Assembly (NCBI GenBank): GCA_025362675.1
Contig: JANYFN010000106.1
Location: 9,352 to 73,351 of the forward strand
Source of the DNA: Limisphaerales bacterium
GTDB taxonomy: Bacteria; Verrucomicrobiota; Verrucomicrobiia; Limisphaerales; UBA11358
Direction of reading: 5' to 3'
DNA: 64,000 nucleotides
The notes under the pieces were generated by a model, which saw only the letters and a list, made by a program, of their open reading frames with translations, had not been told where the DNA came from and ran no database searches. A program made the position numbers and the translations under genes. Shown here in pieces: positions 28,305-37,231 of this stretch (its first letter is position 1; every line of letters starts with the position of its first letter).

Positions 28305-28882
28305 AATATCGCAGCATCTTATTGTTTGGCGCTCCCGGTGTGGGCAAAGGCACGCAGGGAAAAATACTCGGTGCGATCCCGCATTTTTTCCATTGCGCCT
28401 GCGGCGATGTGTTCCGCAATTTGCGCGCGGATAGTCCCCTCGCCCGCACGTTCATTGAATATTCCGGGCGCGGTCAGTTAGTGCCAGACAAGCCGACGAT
28501 CCAACTCTGGAAACATTTCATCGAGAACAATACGGAGATCGGGCGCTTTCATCCCCAGATGGACACGCTGGTGCTGGATGGCATTCCTCGTAACGTGGAG
28601 CAGGCGAAAATTTTGCGGAACACGCTCGACGTTACGGCAGTTTTCTACATGCGCTCGAAGGATGAGGAAAGTCTCGTGGCCCGGATGCAGCGGCGCGCCA
28701 TCAAGGAAAACCGGCTCGACGACGCGAACCTGGCCGTGATCCGCGACCGGTTGCACGTCTATGAAAACGAGACGAAACCGGTGCTGAAGTTTTACGGTCG
28801 CAAGTTGGTGCATACCATCAACGCCGATCAAACGCCGGCCAAGGTGCTCGCGGATATTTTGCGTCATGCCACCAAGAAGTGA
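28301..28882 (+). CDS. adk: adenylate kinase
   Basis: The P-loop is LLFGAPGVGKGTQGKIL. NMP-binding and LID-less short-type motifs are present. Confidence 0.85.
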   Translation: MKYRSILLFGAPGVGKGTQGKILGAIPHFFHCACGDVFRNLRADSPLARTFIEYSGRGQLVPDKPTIQLWKHFIENNTEIGRFHPQMDTLVLDGIPRNVEQAKILRNTLDVTAVFYMRSKDEESLVARMQRRAIKENRLDDANLAVIRDRLHVYENETKPVLKFYGRKLVHTINADQTPAKVLADILRHATKK

Positions 28883-28891
28883 GCGCGTGCG

Positions 28892-29839
28892 ATGACGCCG
28901 CTGCGTATCATCTTCATGGGCACAGCGGAACTTTCCTGTGCGAGCTTGGAAAAACTTTGTGCCGATAAAAACTTTGCTGTCCTCGCGGTTATTACCCAAC
29001 CGGATAAGCCCAAAGGCCGCGAGCTAAAACTCACGCCTTCGCCAGTAAAAATTCTGGCTGAAAAACTTCAATTACCCGTCCGGCAACCGCTCAAGGCGCG
29101 CGACGAACACTTCATCGCCGAACTTCGCGAATTGAACGCCGACTTGATGGTGGTGGTGGCATACGGACAGATTTTGCCGCCAGCCATTTTGGATCTGCCT
29201 CGCTTCGGTTGCCTCAATGTCCACACCTCGCTCCTGCCGAAGTATCGCGGCGCGGCCCCGATCCAGTGGGCGATTGCGGATGGCGAACCGGAAACCGGCG
29301 TGACGATTATGAAGATGGATGCGGGCCTGGACACGGGGCCGATTCTGTCGGTGCGCCGGACACCGATTTTGCCAACAGATGATTCCCAAATTCTTCACGA
29401 CCGCCTGGCGCAACTCGGCGCCGCGTTGCTGATGGAAACAATTCCGGATTACGTCGCCGGAAAAATCACGCCGCAACCACAGCTGGCGGCGGGCTCTACT
29501 TACGCCGCTAAAATTAAAAAAGAAGACGCGCATATCGATTGGAATCTGCCCGCACAAAAGATCTGGCACCGGCTCCGCGCTTTCACGCCGTGGCCGGGAG
29601 CATTCACTTTTCTGCCCGCTGAACCGAAAGCGCAGTTACTAAAAATCTGGAAGGCTGAAGTGGTCGAAAAATCCGGTGATTGCGGGACTGTTTTAGCAGC
29701 CGACAAAACTGGCATCATCATCGCGTGCGGCGAAAATGCGCTACGGGTTTTGGAATTACAACGTGAAGGCGGCAAGCGGCTGAGCGCCGAACAATTTCTA
29801 CAAGGCGTTCCGCTGAAGGCTGGAATCAAACTCGGTTGA
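28892..29839 (+). CDS. fmt: methionyl-tRNA formyltransferase
   Basis: Matching motifs are RIIFMGTAELS...VITQPDKPKGRELKLTPSPVK...NVHTSLLPKYRGAAPIQWAI. Confidence 0.9.
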   Translation: MTPLRIIFMGTAELSCASLEKLCADKNFAVLAVITQPDKPKGRELKLTPSPVKILAEKLQLPVRQPLKARDEHFIAELRELNADLMVVVAYGQILPPAILDLPRFGCLNVHTSLLPKYRGAAPIQWAIADGEPETGVTIMKMDAGLDTGPILSVRRTPILPTDDSQILHDRLAQLGAALLMETIPDYVAGKITPQPQLAAGSTYAAKIKKEDAHIDWNLPAQKIWHRLRAFTPWPGAFTFLPAEPKAQLLKIWKAEVVEKSGDCGTVLAADKTGIIIACGENALRVLELQREGGKRLSAEQFLQGVPLKAGIKLG

Positions 29840-29845
29840 TGCAAG

Positions 29846-30331
29846 ATGAAGATAAAATTTTTCACAACCGGCGGCACGATTGATAAAGTTTATTTCGATG
29901 CCCAGAGCGAATTTGAAGTCGGTCCACCGCAAGTTTCTGAATTACTGGGCGACGCCAATGTGACTTTTGTTTATGAGGTCGAATCCATTCTGCGGAAAGA
30001 TAGCCTGGACTTGACCGAGGCGGATCGCGCACTCATCCGCGAACACGTGGCCACTGATCGCGCGACGCGCATCGTGGTGACTCATGGAACGGATACAATG
30101 ATCCAAACGGCAAAAGCATTGCAGGGAATTCCCGGTAAGACCATTGTGTTGACTGGTTCGATGCAGCCGGCGCTGCTGCGCGTGACCGATGCGGGCTTCA
30201 ATCTCGGCACCGCAGTGGCCGCAGTGCAGATTTTACCGCCGGGAGTTTATATCGCGATGAACGGCAGTATTTTCAATCCGATGACGAGCAAAAAAAACGT
30301 CGCAGAACATCGCTTCGAAGAAATTCCCTGA
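29846..30331 (+). CDS. asparaginase-family N-terminal-domain protein (short form)
   Basis: MKIKFFTTGGTIDK carries the TGGTI active-site motif, and VVTHGTDTM is present. At 161 aa it is a single domain. Confidence 0.65.
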   Translation: MKIKFFTTGGTIDKVYFDAQSEFEVGPPQVSELLGDANVTFVYEVESILRKDSLDLTEADRALIREHVATDRATRIVVTHGTDTMIQTAKALQGIPGKTIVLTGSMQPALLRVTDAGFNLGTAVAAVQILPPGVYIAMNGSIFNPMTSKKNVAEHRFEEIP

Positions 30332-30457
30332 ATTATTTTGTCCCGCGACTGGCATGGTTTCTCTCATCAGGAATAAGCCATCGACTTCATTTCAAAAAAA
30401 ATACTTATTTCTTCGCAACGCCCTTGACAGTTTTCAGAATAGGACGATGGTATCAGC

Positions 30458-30593
30458 GGCTGGTGTGGACGTAAGTGTCGGTTGACAGTAGCAGGCAGTG
30501 TTAGTTGATAGTGCAGATAGTTCGGTTGCAGTGTCGGTTACGGTGTCTGGTCAGTCAGTTGGTAGATGCGCCCACGCCAGCCATTTCTTCTTC
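30458..30593 (+). ncRNA. candidate GU-rich small RNA (strand tentative)
   Basis: It lies in a 284-bp spacer between convergent genes. TTGACA occurs at 30424..30429. An 11-bp closing stem pairs ggctggtgtgg with ccacgccagcc (one G-U pair). The stem encloses ~100 nt of C-poor sequence with 5 degenerate GUYRGUUR units, then auuucuucuuc. Confidence 0.3.
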
Positions 30594-30615
30594 AACTAAA
30601 ACATTCTGGTTTGCT

Positions 30616-31851
30616 TTAGCTAATTGATGGTTTTTCCCAAGCTAAAGCACCGCCCCCGGCGCGAGTGCCGGTCGCAAAGCAACCTTGCAGCAGATAACCG
30701 CCCGTCAAGGCGTCCCAGTCAATCATTTCACCGGCGACAAAAATTCCCGGCAGCCGGCGCACCATCAACCCCGAATTCAATTCGCACCAACGCACCCCGC
30801 CCGCCGAAGAAATGGCCTCGGCCATCGGACGCGAGCGAGCGAGTTTGAGAACGCAATGCTTCGCGGTCACCGCCAGCGATTCAGTGGAGGTGAACGGCGC
30901 ATGAGTTTCTAATATGGCGAATGCCGCGTCACTCAATTTCCAGCGGGAGCGAGCTTCAGCTAGAAAGTTGCGCGGACAATTACCAAGTTTTTTTACGAGC
31001 TGCTCGACGCTGTGGGCAGGCTTAAAATCAATGGCAATTTCCGGTTGCGGCATGGCGCGCAACACCTGGCCGAGCTGATAAATCGCGCCTCCCTCCAGTC
31101 CATATTTCGTCACCAGCAATTCGCCTGACACCGTAGTTTGACCCGCGCACGCCGTGATATTTTTCAACGGCTTACCTTCTGCTTGCACGAGCAAGGCGGG
31201 CGGCCAAAAAATTTCCCAGCCGCAATTTGACGCCGTTAAGGGTGCGACCGCTACGCCGAGTGTTTCAAAGCCTGAAGTCCATCCGCCATCGGAGCCGGTC
31301 TCAGCCCACGAGCCGCCACCCAACGCAAAGATCACCGCATCTGCTTCGACAGTGCGGCTTTCATTATCGACTTGAAAATCAATCTGCCATCGCGCGCCCG
31401 CGCGAAGTGCGATCCAACGATGGCGCAAAGCAAATTTTACTCCAGAAGCACGCAGTCGTTGCACCCAGCGGCGCAACAGCGGAGCGGCTTTGAGTTCACG
31501 CGGGTAGACGCGGCCGCTGGTGGCCGCAAAGGTTTCCACGCCGAGTTCCGCGGCCCATTGGCGCAATGCTCCCGCATCGAATTCCCCGAGGAGTGACAGC
31601 CAGAAATCCGGCGGTTGATCTAAGCCCCAGTAGCGATCGGAAAAAGTCTCACGCGGTTCGGCGTGCGTCAGATTCAAGCCGCCGCGACCGGCCACGAGAA
31701 ATTTTCGGCCCACGGACGGCTTGGCATCAAATAGCGTGACGAATGCTCCGCCCGCAGCCGCGACTTCCGCTGCGCGCAAGCCGGCTGGACCACCGCCGAT
31801 GATCGCAATGTGTTTGATATCGAGTTGGAGCCGGTTGGCTGTATCAGGCAA
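30616..31851 (-). CDS. HI0933/BaiN-like FAD flavoprotein
   Basis: The dinucleotide-binding motif is IAIIGGGPAGLRAAEVAA. Also present are SVGRKFLVAGRGGLNLTH and a C-terminal GEMIDWDALTGGYLLQ. Confidence 0.8.
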   Translation of the reverse strand: MPDTANRLQLDIKHIAIIGGGPAGLRAAEVAAAGGAFVTLFDAKPSVGRKFLVAGRGGLNLTHAEPRETFSDRYWGLDQPPDFWLSLLGEFDAGALRQWAAELGVETFAATSGRVYPRELKAAPLLRRWVQRLRASGVKFALRHRWIALRAGARWQIDFQVDNESRTVEADAVIFALGGGSWAETGSDGGWTSGFETLGVAVAPLTASNCGWEIFWPPALLVQAEGKPLKNITACAGQTTVSGELLVTKYGLEGGAIYQLGQVLRAMPQPEIAIDFKPAHSVEQLVKKLGNCPRNFLAEARSRWKLSDAAFAILETHAPFTSTESLAVTAKHCVLKLARSRPMAEAISSAGGVRWCELNSGLMVRRLPGIFVAGEMIDWDALTGGYLLQGCFATGTRAGGGALAWEKPSIS

Positions 31852-31991
31852 CGGCGATTACCGAAGCATCACCGAGCATAAGATTTTTAAGAACGGGAGG
31901 CACAAGAAAAACCGGCATACCCGCAGGCGAATGTAGAGGCCGGCGATGCGCGATGCACCGCGGCCCTCTTCACGAAGATATAACCTTCACG

Positions 31992-32087
31992 TCAAGCGAC
32001 GCGCCGGGAAGTCGCAGGCGCTGCCTTAGGCTTCTCTTTTTTTTTCTTCTTGGTTTCTTTTTTGTGACTGTTATTTCCTTTGGCCAT
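31992..32087 (-). CDS. possible 31-aa lysine-rich peptide
   Basis: The product is MAKGNNSHKKETKKKKKEKPKAAPATSRRVA. It is co-oriented with and upstream of the flavoprotein gene. There is no clear RBS and it is below the track cutoff. Confidence 0.25.
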   Translation of the reverse strand: MAKGNNSHKKETKKKKKEKPKAAPATSRRVA

Positions 32088-32375
32088 AATAATGTTTTGG
32101 TTCTAGCTAACCTTAGTTACGCAGATTCCGGTAAATATTTCAATCGCTTTGGCTGTCATTTTTTTGCTCGGAACGAACAGTTTGTGAAGGACGCTAACGC
32201 GGCAGAACAAAAACGGGCCGAGAATTGAAAACCGATTCAACTCCGCTACGACGCGGCGGCGGGTCGCGAATTCAATACCCGCGAAATCGTTGATCACTAT
32301 TTCCTGCCAAATAATAAATGACGGCCAAAAGAAAATGCGCTTTCCGTTTTCCGCTCCTCCGCATAGATTCCGCGC

Positions 32376-33446
32376 ATGAGAGACGCATCCTTAAAATTTC
32401 TTAAAACCCTGGTCAATACACCTAGCCCGGTTGGCCACGAAACCCGCGGCCAACGCATCTGGCTCGACTATGCAAAACAGTTCGCGGATGAGACATTTTC
32501 AGATGCCTACGGTAATTGTGTCGCCGTGCTGAACAAGGGTGGGTCGCCTCGAATTATGCTTGCGGCGCACGCCGATGAAATTGCCATGGCTGTTAATTAT
32601 ATCGATGACAACGGTTTTATTTACGTTCGACGGATGGGTGGGATTGACGCCGCGATCACCAAGGCCCAGCGCATTGCCATCCACACGCGCAACGGTGCTG
32701 TGAAGGGTGTGGTCGGCAATGTCGCGCCGCATCTCACGAAGCAGGATGGCGATCCGAAGCCGCCTAAGATTCATGATATTTTTATAGATATTGGCGTGAG
32801 CAGTCGCAAGGAAGCCGAAAAACTCGTGCGCGTTGGCGACCCGATCACGCTCACGGATGAATTCGATGTTTTGCGCGGCGACCTCGTCGTGGCGCGAGCT
32901 TTTGATAATCGCATCGGCACGTTTGCCGTCGCGGAAGCCCTGCGTTTGTTGAAGGAATCTAAAATCCCCATCCACGCCGAGGTGTGCGCCGTTTCAAACG
33001 TGCAGGAAGAAGTCGGCTTGCTCGGCGCTCGGCAGATCGCGTATTCACTCAAGCCCGACATCGCGCTCGTCGTCGACGTGACGCACGCGACAGATTATCC
33101 GACGGTGAGCAAAGCGCAGCATGGCGACACCCGGATCGGTGCCGGCCCCGCGATCACGCACGGCGGTTGCAATCATCCCGAAGTGGTCAAACGCATCGAA
33201 GCGGTGGCGAAATCAAAAAAAATTCCGCTCCAACACGAAGCCATGTCAGCCTCCAGCGGCACGGACACGGATGTTATTTTCTGGACGCGCGGCGGCATTG
33301 CCAGTGCTTTGATTAGCTTACCGAACCGCTACATGCATTCGCCGGTAGAAGTCGTGAGCTTGAAAGATTTAGAAATGATCCCGCAGCTACTGGCTGGCTT
33401 TGTGCAATCGCTCAAAAAAGGCGAGGAGTTTAAAGTAAAAATTTAG
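32376..33446 (+). CDS. M42-family metallo-aminopeptidase
   Basis: Matching motifs are LKTLVNTPSPVGHE...AHADEI...AFDNRIG...VQEEVGLLGA...VDVTHA, typical M42/FrvX metal ligands. Confidence 0.8.
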   Translation: MRDASLKFLKTLVNTPSPVGHETRGQRIWLDYAKQFADETFSDAYGNCVAVLNKGGSPRIMLAAHADEIAMAVNYIDDNGFIYVRRMGGIDAAITKAQRIAIHTRNGAVKGVVGNVAPHLTKQDGDPKPPKIHDIFIDIGVSSRKEAEKLVRVGDPITLTDEFDVLRGDLVVARAFDNRIGTFAVAEALRLLKESKIPIHAEVCAVSNVQEEVGLLGARQIAYSLKPDIALVVDVTHATDYPTVSKAQHGDTRIGAGPAITHGGCNHPEVVKRIEAVAKSKKIPLQHEAMSASSGTDTDVIFWTRGGIASALISLPNRYMHSPVEVVSLKDLEMIPQLLAGFVQSLKKGEEFKVKI

Positions 33447-33480
33447 TAGCGATTTCGGTTTAGTCTAACGGAGCAAAGCC

Positions 33481-35238
33481 ATGCTGAAATTATTGCCCTA
33501 TCCGCAGTCAGTAAAACTGATGCGCGGAACCTATTTGTTACCGAAACAGAAACCGCTTTCGGCGATCAAAGTAACCCAGACCAACGCAGACCCAAAACAA
33601 CCGGAGGGATATGGCCTCACGATTTCAAAAAGCGGCATTGAAATATCGTTCCGCGATGCGGACGGCCTGAGAGCAGCAAGTGCCACCTTGCGACAATTGC
33701 TTCGTGAACACGGTCGCACCCTGCCCTGCCTTAAAATTCACGACTGGCCTGATTTTCCACGACGCGGTGTGATGCTGGATATTTCGCGGGGCCGCGTTCC
33801 AAAGTTGGAAACCTTGCTCAGTCTCGTTGAGAAATTATCCGATTTCAAAATCAACGAATTTCAGCTCTACACCGAACATACGTTTGCCTACAAAAAATAC
33901 CAACGCATCTGGCAAAGCTGGGGCGCGCTGACGGCGAAGGAAATTCAAACGCTCGATCAACGCTGCCGCGAACTCGGCATCGACCTAGTGCCGAATCAAA
34001 ATTCATTCGGGCACCTGCGATATTTCCTCGAAGATACCAAACTAAAAAAGCTCGGCGAACTTTCGGAGCCATTTCTCGCCGAGACCAAAGACTTCCTCCG
34101 TCGTCCGACCACACTTGCGCCGAATCATCCGGGCACCCTGCCCTTCGTGCACGGACTTTACGATGAGTTGCTCCCGAATTTCACCAGTAATTTTTTCAAC
34201 ATCGGCGGCGATGAAACCTGGGATCTCGGCAAAGGACAGAGTAAGAAAATCGCCGAGCGCAAAGGCAAAAGTCGCGTTTACCTCGACTTCATAAAAAAAC
34301 TTCACCGCGAAGTTTCTGCGCGTGGCCGGACGATGATGTTTTGGGGCGACATCATCCTGAAACAGCCTGCGCTTATCCGCGAACTTCCGAAAAACATCAT
34401 CGCGCTGAGCTGGGGTTACGAGGCAGATCATCCGTTCGAAACGGAAGCGGCACAGTTTGCGAAGGCCAAAATCCCCTTCTACGTTTGCCCCGGAACTTCG
34501 ACCTGGCAAACGATTATCGGCAAACATGACAATGGTTTCGCGAATCTTCGCGCCGCCGCTAACGCCGGGAAAAAGCTCGGCGCCGTTGGCTACCTCAACA
34601 CTGACTGGGGCGATGGCGGGCATCCGCAACCACTCGCCGTGAGCTGGCCGCTGTTTGCTGCCGGCGCGGCGCTCGCTTGGAATTCCAAGTCGCGCGCTGA
34701 AAAAAATCTGGCCGCTATTTTGAATCGCGAGGTATTTGGCGATTCAACTAATACGGTTGCTCAAGCTGGATTGAAGCTTGGCCACGCACACCAGAAACTC
34801 GGCGTGAAAGCCTTGAACGAGACGCCGCTCGGCACCGTCATCGCCGCGCCAAAACCGAAAGAGTTGGAATTGTTCTGCCGCAACGGATTGAAATGGTTCG
34901 CGAAAATTCCCGCAAAAAAAATCCGCGCCGCACTCGCGGAAATTGAGAAACAGCGCGCCGTCTTGCATCGAGCCGAGAACTCGATGCTCACTGAAGAACT
35001 TGATCTCGCTGCCCGCATGGCGGCCCAATCTTGCAAATTCATGCTGTGGCAGCAGGCTGTCACCGCCAAAAAAACTGACAAAGCGAAAGGCCTCGCGCAG
35101 CAGGGCATCCGCGAACTGGAAAAACTCGAACGCGATTTTAATGCGCACTGGCCGCTGCGGAATAAGGCGACCACGAAACATTGCTCGCCGTTCTTGAAGT
35201 GGCGGATGGAAGATTATCGGCGCGGGAACTGGAGTTGA
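33481..35238 (+). CDS. glycoside hydrolase family 20-like (beta-N-acetylhexosaminidase-like)
   Basis: DWPDFPRRGVMLDISRG starts the TIM barrel. The catalytic-type motif is FNIGGDETWDLG (D-E pair). Confidence 0.75.
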   Translation: MLKLLPYPQSVKLMRGTYLLPKQKPLSAIKVTQTNADPKQPEGYGLTISKSGIEISFRDADGLRAASATLRQLLREHGRTLPCLKIHDWPDFPRRGVMLDISRGRVPKLETLLSLVEKLSDFKINEFQLYTEHTFAYKKYQRIWQSWGALTAKEIQTLDQRCRELGIDLVPNQNSFGHLRYFLEDTKLKKLGELSEPFLAETKDFLRRPTTLAPNHPGTLPFVHGLYDELLPNFTSNFFNIGGDETWDLGKGQSKKIAERKGKSRVYLDFIKKLHREVSARGRTMMFWGDIILKQPALIRELPKNIIALSWGYEADHPFETEAAQFAKAKIPFYVCPGTSTWQTIIGKHDNGFANLRAAANAGKKLGAVGYLNTDWGDGGHPQPLAVSWPLFAAGAALAWNSKSRAEKNLAAILNREVFGDSTNTVAQAGLKLGHAHQKLGVKALNETPLGTVIAAPKPKELELFCRNGLKWFAKIPAKKIRAALAEIEKQRAVLHRAENSMLTEELDLAARMAAQSCKFMLWQQAVTAKKTDKAKGLAQQGIRELEKLERDFNAHWPLRNKATTKHCSPFLKWRMEDYRRGNWS

Positions 35239-35279
35239 GTTAGGAGACATCTGCGGCTGCGCCCCCGCCACACAAAGAA

Positions 35280-36137
35280 TCACCTGCCGGGAAAATTGCG
35301 GCGAGGACGGATGGGCGGTGGGGCCTTCGTTTTCAGCGGCGAGAGCTGGGGTGGTTTCGGCCAATGCCGCTCTGCGAACTGCGCGACTTTTTCCGCGACC
35401 ACCGGCATCGGCTTGGCCAACGAAGGCATGATTGGTTTTGCCAGCAACGAAGCTTCCAGTTTGGCGGCCACCTCACCGATTTTTATTTCGGGAAATTTCA
35501 TCTCGCCAATTTCAAAATCCTTAAAACCACCCACCGCGCCGAGCGCTGCGAAATTCAACTTCGGCATCGTTGGCTGCACTTGCGTAATCTGCGTCTCATA
35601 ACCATTGACCACCCAATCGAGCTTGCCCGTGGCGAGGTCTAAAAGCAAACCATGCACGGGAATTTTTGGGCCGATCAGCGGACTTGTGCGCGCGAAATCA
35701 CAAGCCTTGATGACGTTCTGGCGTTCGCTGCCGAACATTCCGAAAAATTCATTCACGTTTTCCGGCAGCGTGCTGCGCTCTACGCCGAGCGCTTTAAGTT
35801 TGTCGAGCAACACCATCGTTGTGGTCTTGCAGACTTGGCAATCCGTATGGCCGATGATGGCGATCTCGCGTCCGCCCTTGACCGCGCACGCCAGCGCGAG
35901 CGACCGCATCGTGCTACTCAACGTGCTGGTGATGGTGTTGCCCGCGTTGCGCAGCCAGATGAACTCCTCGGCAGGCAGGGCCAACGCATTCGGAAAAAAT
36001 GCGTTCAAGCGCGGATCAATGCACGTCAGCGCCACGACCGGTAACGCATCTGCGAAATCCGCCGGATGCAAGCCCGCCGTCGCGTCGCCGGCCACGGCCC
36101 GGTGGTTCGCGTCAATGATGGCTTCGAAGAGGCGCAT
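35280..36137 (-). CDS. beta-class carbonic anhydrase-like protein with ~95-aa C-terminal extension
   Basis: The beta-CA zinc ligand motifs are LTCIDPRLN (CxDxR) and IIGHTDCQV (HxxC). Its start lies 6 nt after the stop of the Bro-N/DinD-like gene. Confidence 0.75.
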   Translation of the reverse strand: MRLFEAIIDANHRAVAGDATAGLHPADFADALPVVALTCIDPRLNAFFPNALALPAEEFIWLRNAGNTITSTLSSTMRSLALACAVKGGREIAIIGHTDCQVCKTTTMVLLDKLKALGVERSTLPENVNEFFGMFGSERQNVIKACDFARTSPLIGPKIPVHGLLLDLATGKLDWVVNGYETQITQVQPTMPKLNFAALGAVGGFKDFEIGEMKFPEIKIGEVAAKLEASLLAKPIMPSLAKPMPVVAEKVAQFAERHWPKPPQLSPLKTKAPPPIRPRRNFPGR

Positions 36138-36143
36138 GGGAAT

Positions 36144-36980
36144 TTATCTGATTTGTCTGGCAGTTGAGGACGGCGGCAAATAATTTTCACGCGTGACGAC
36201 CTTGCGTCCGGTTTTCGCTTCCAGTTCCAAGCGGGCTTTTTTGGCGATGCGTCCGCCGGTTTTCGCCGCGACTTTATTTTCCGCCACGCCCGTCGCCGTC
36301 ACGCTCTCGGCGATCTGCCGGGTGGACAACTCGGCGAGCGCGGTGAAAATCAATTCCGCCTCGCTCATGTGATCCCGCAGATTTTCCGTTTTCAGCGCCT
36401 TGAGATTTTTGTGCGACTGCTCGCTCACCCCGGCCCACTCCTGATGGATGATGTTGGTGAGTATGGCAAATTCATCGCCCTTTTTGACATCATGCCCGGC
36501 CCAATAATCAGTAAGTTTGTTGCGCGTCTCCTGCCCGGTCATGCGCTGCTCGATCCACTTGGCGCTGCGGCCCTGTTGCTGCCAGGTCTCGCGGGCGCGG
36601 GCGAGCGCGCGGGCGGGATCGGCCAGCTCCTGCATCCGCTCATAGCCGACCTTGGCGAGCCAAAGCTTGATCGGTTCGGCCTTGGGGCTGGGAACGCTCT
36701 GAATGAGGCGCAACAATGTCTCGGCGGTAGCCACATCGGCGAGATAGTTTTTGCCGTCGGCGGCGGGCATTTTCAGTTGGTTACAATTTGTAACCAACTG
36801 ACTGCCCTCCTTGTTGAGCCGGTGTTTCAGGACTTTCCAGTAATTCTGCGCGAGCTTGTAATCCGCCTGTTGCGTCAGCACCCGGATGATGTCCACAACT
36901 GAAAACCACCACGTCTCGGTCTTTTCGTCGAAGTGGCGGCGGATTTGATAGCCCTCAAAAATGGCGAGGTCGTTTTTCAT
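36144..36980 (-). CDS. Bro-N / DinD-like (DNA-damage-inducible protein D family) protein, cassette cargo
   Basis: The N-terminal Bro-N-like block is IFEGYQIRRHFDEKTETWWFSVVDIIRVLT. The central conserved block is VTNCNQLKMPAADGKNYLADVATAETLLRLIQSVPSPKAEPIKLWLAKVGYERMQE. The C-terminal half resembles E. coli DinD architecture. Confidence 0.8.
   Translation of the reverse strand: MKNDLAIFEGYQIRRHFDEKTETWWFSVVDIIRVLTQQADYKLAQNYWKVLKHRLNKEGSQLVTNCNQLKMPAADGKNYLADVATAETLLRLIQSVPSPKAEPIKLWLAKVGYERMQELADPARALARARETWQQQGRSAKWIEQRMTGQETRNKLTDYWAGHDVKKGDEFAILTNIIHQEWAGVSEQSHKNLKALKTENLRDHMSEAELIFTALAELSTRQIAESVTATGVAENKVAAKTGGRIAKKARLELEAKTGRKVVTRENYLPPSSTARQIR
36774..36800. repeat. perfect 27-bp palindrome inside the Bro-N/DinD-like CDS
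   Basis: The sequence cagttggttacaatttgtaaccaactg has 13-bp arms around a central nt. It encodes QLVTNCNQL on the minus strand. Confidence 0.9.
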
Positions 36981-37009
36981 GGTGAAGTGGGATTGAGAGA
37001 TGACATTTT

Positions 37010-37180
37010 CAACCGGTTACAAATTGCAACCGGTTGGCGGGTTTGGCCGCGAAAGAATTTCAGTTGGTCACATTTTGTGACCAACTCCCTTTCCAGTCCA
37101 CTCAACCGGTAACAATTTGTTACCGGTTGGCTGACGCGCCCGCAGCCGGTTTTCAACCGGTGACGACTTGTCACCGGTTG
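37010..37180. repeat. array of four 27-bp palindromes upstream of the Bro-N/DinD-like gene
   Basis: The copies are at 37010..37036, 37061..37087, 37103..37129 (perfect) and 37154..37180. The consensus is CARYYGGTNACAANTTGTNACCRRYTG. Centre-to-centre spacings are 51, 42 and 51 nt. Confidence 0.9.
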
Positions 37181-37193
37181 ACAGCAAAGTGCG

Positions 37194-37231
37194 CGGTGGT
37201 TCGCATCGAGAATGGCTTCAAAGAGGTGCAT
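37194..37231 (-). pseudogene. displaced duplicate of the 5' end of the beta-CA-like gene
   Basis: 37194..37232 aligns to 36100..36138 with 33/39 identities. It encodes MHLFEAILDANHRA, against MRLFEAIIDANHRA in the intact gene. It lies 5 nt downstream of the stop of the zinc-ribbon gene. Confidence 0.6.

Noticed and set aside
31953-32297. Track ORFs 31953..32228 (+) and 32103..32297 (-).
   Set aside because: They overlap each other in a T/A-homopolymer-rich divergent promoter region. They have no motifs or credible starts.
37010-37180. A CRISPR array.
   Set aside because: There are only four units and the repeats are themselves variable perfect or imperfect palindromes. The spacers are 15-24 bp. 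No cas genes are present, and a fifth copy lies inside a CDS.
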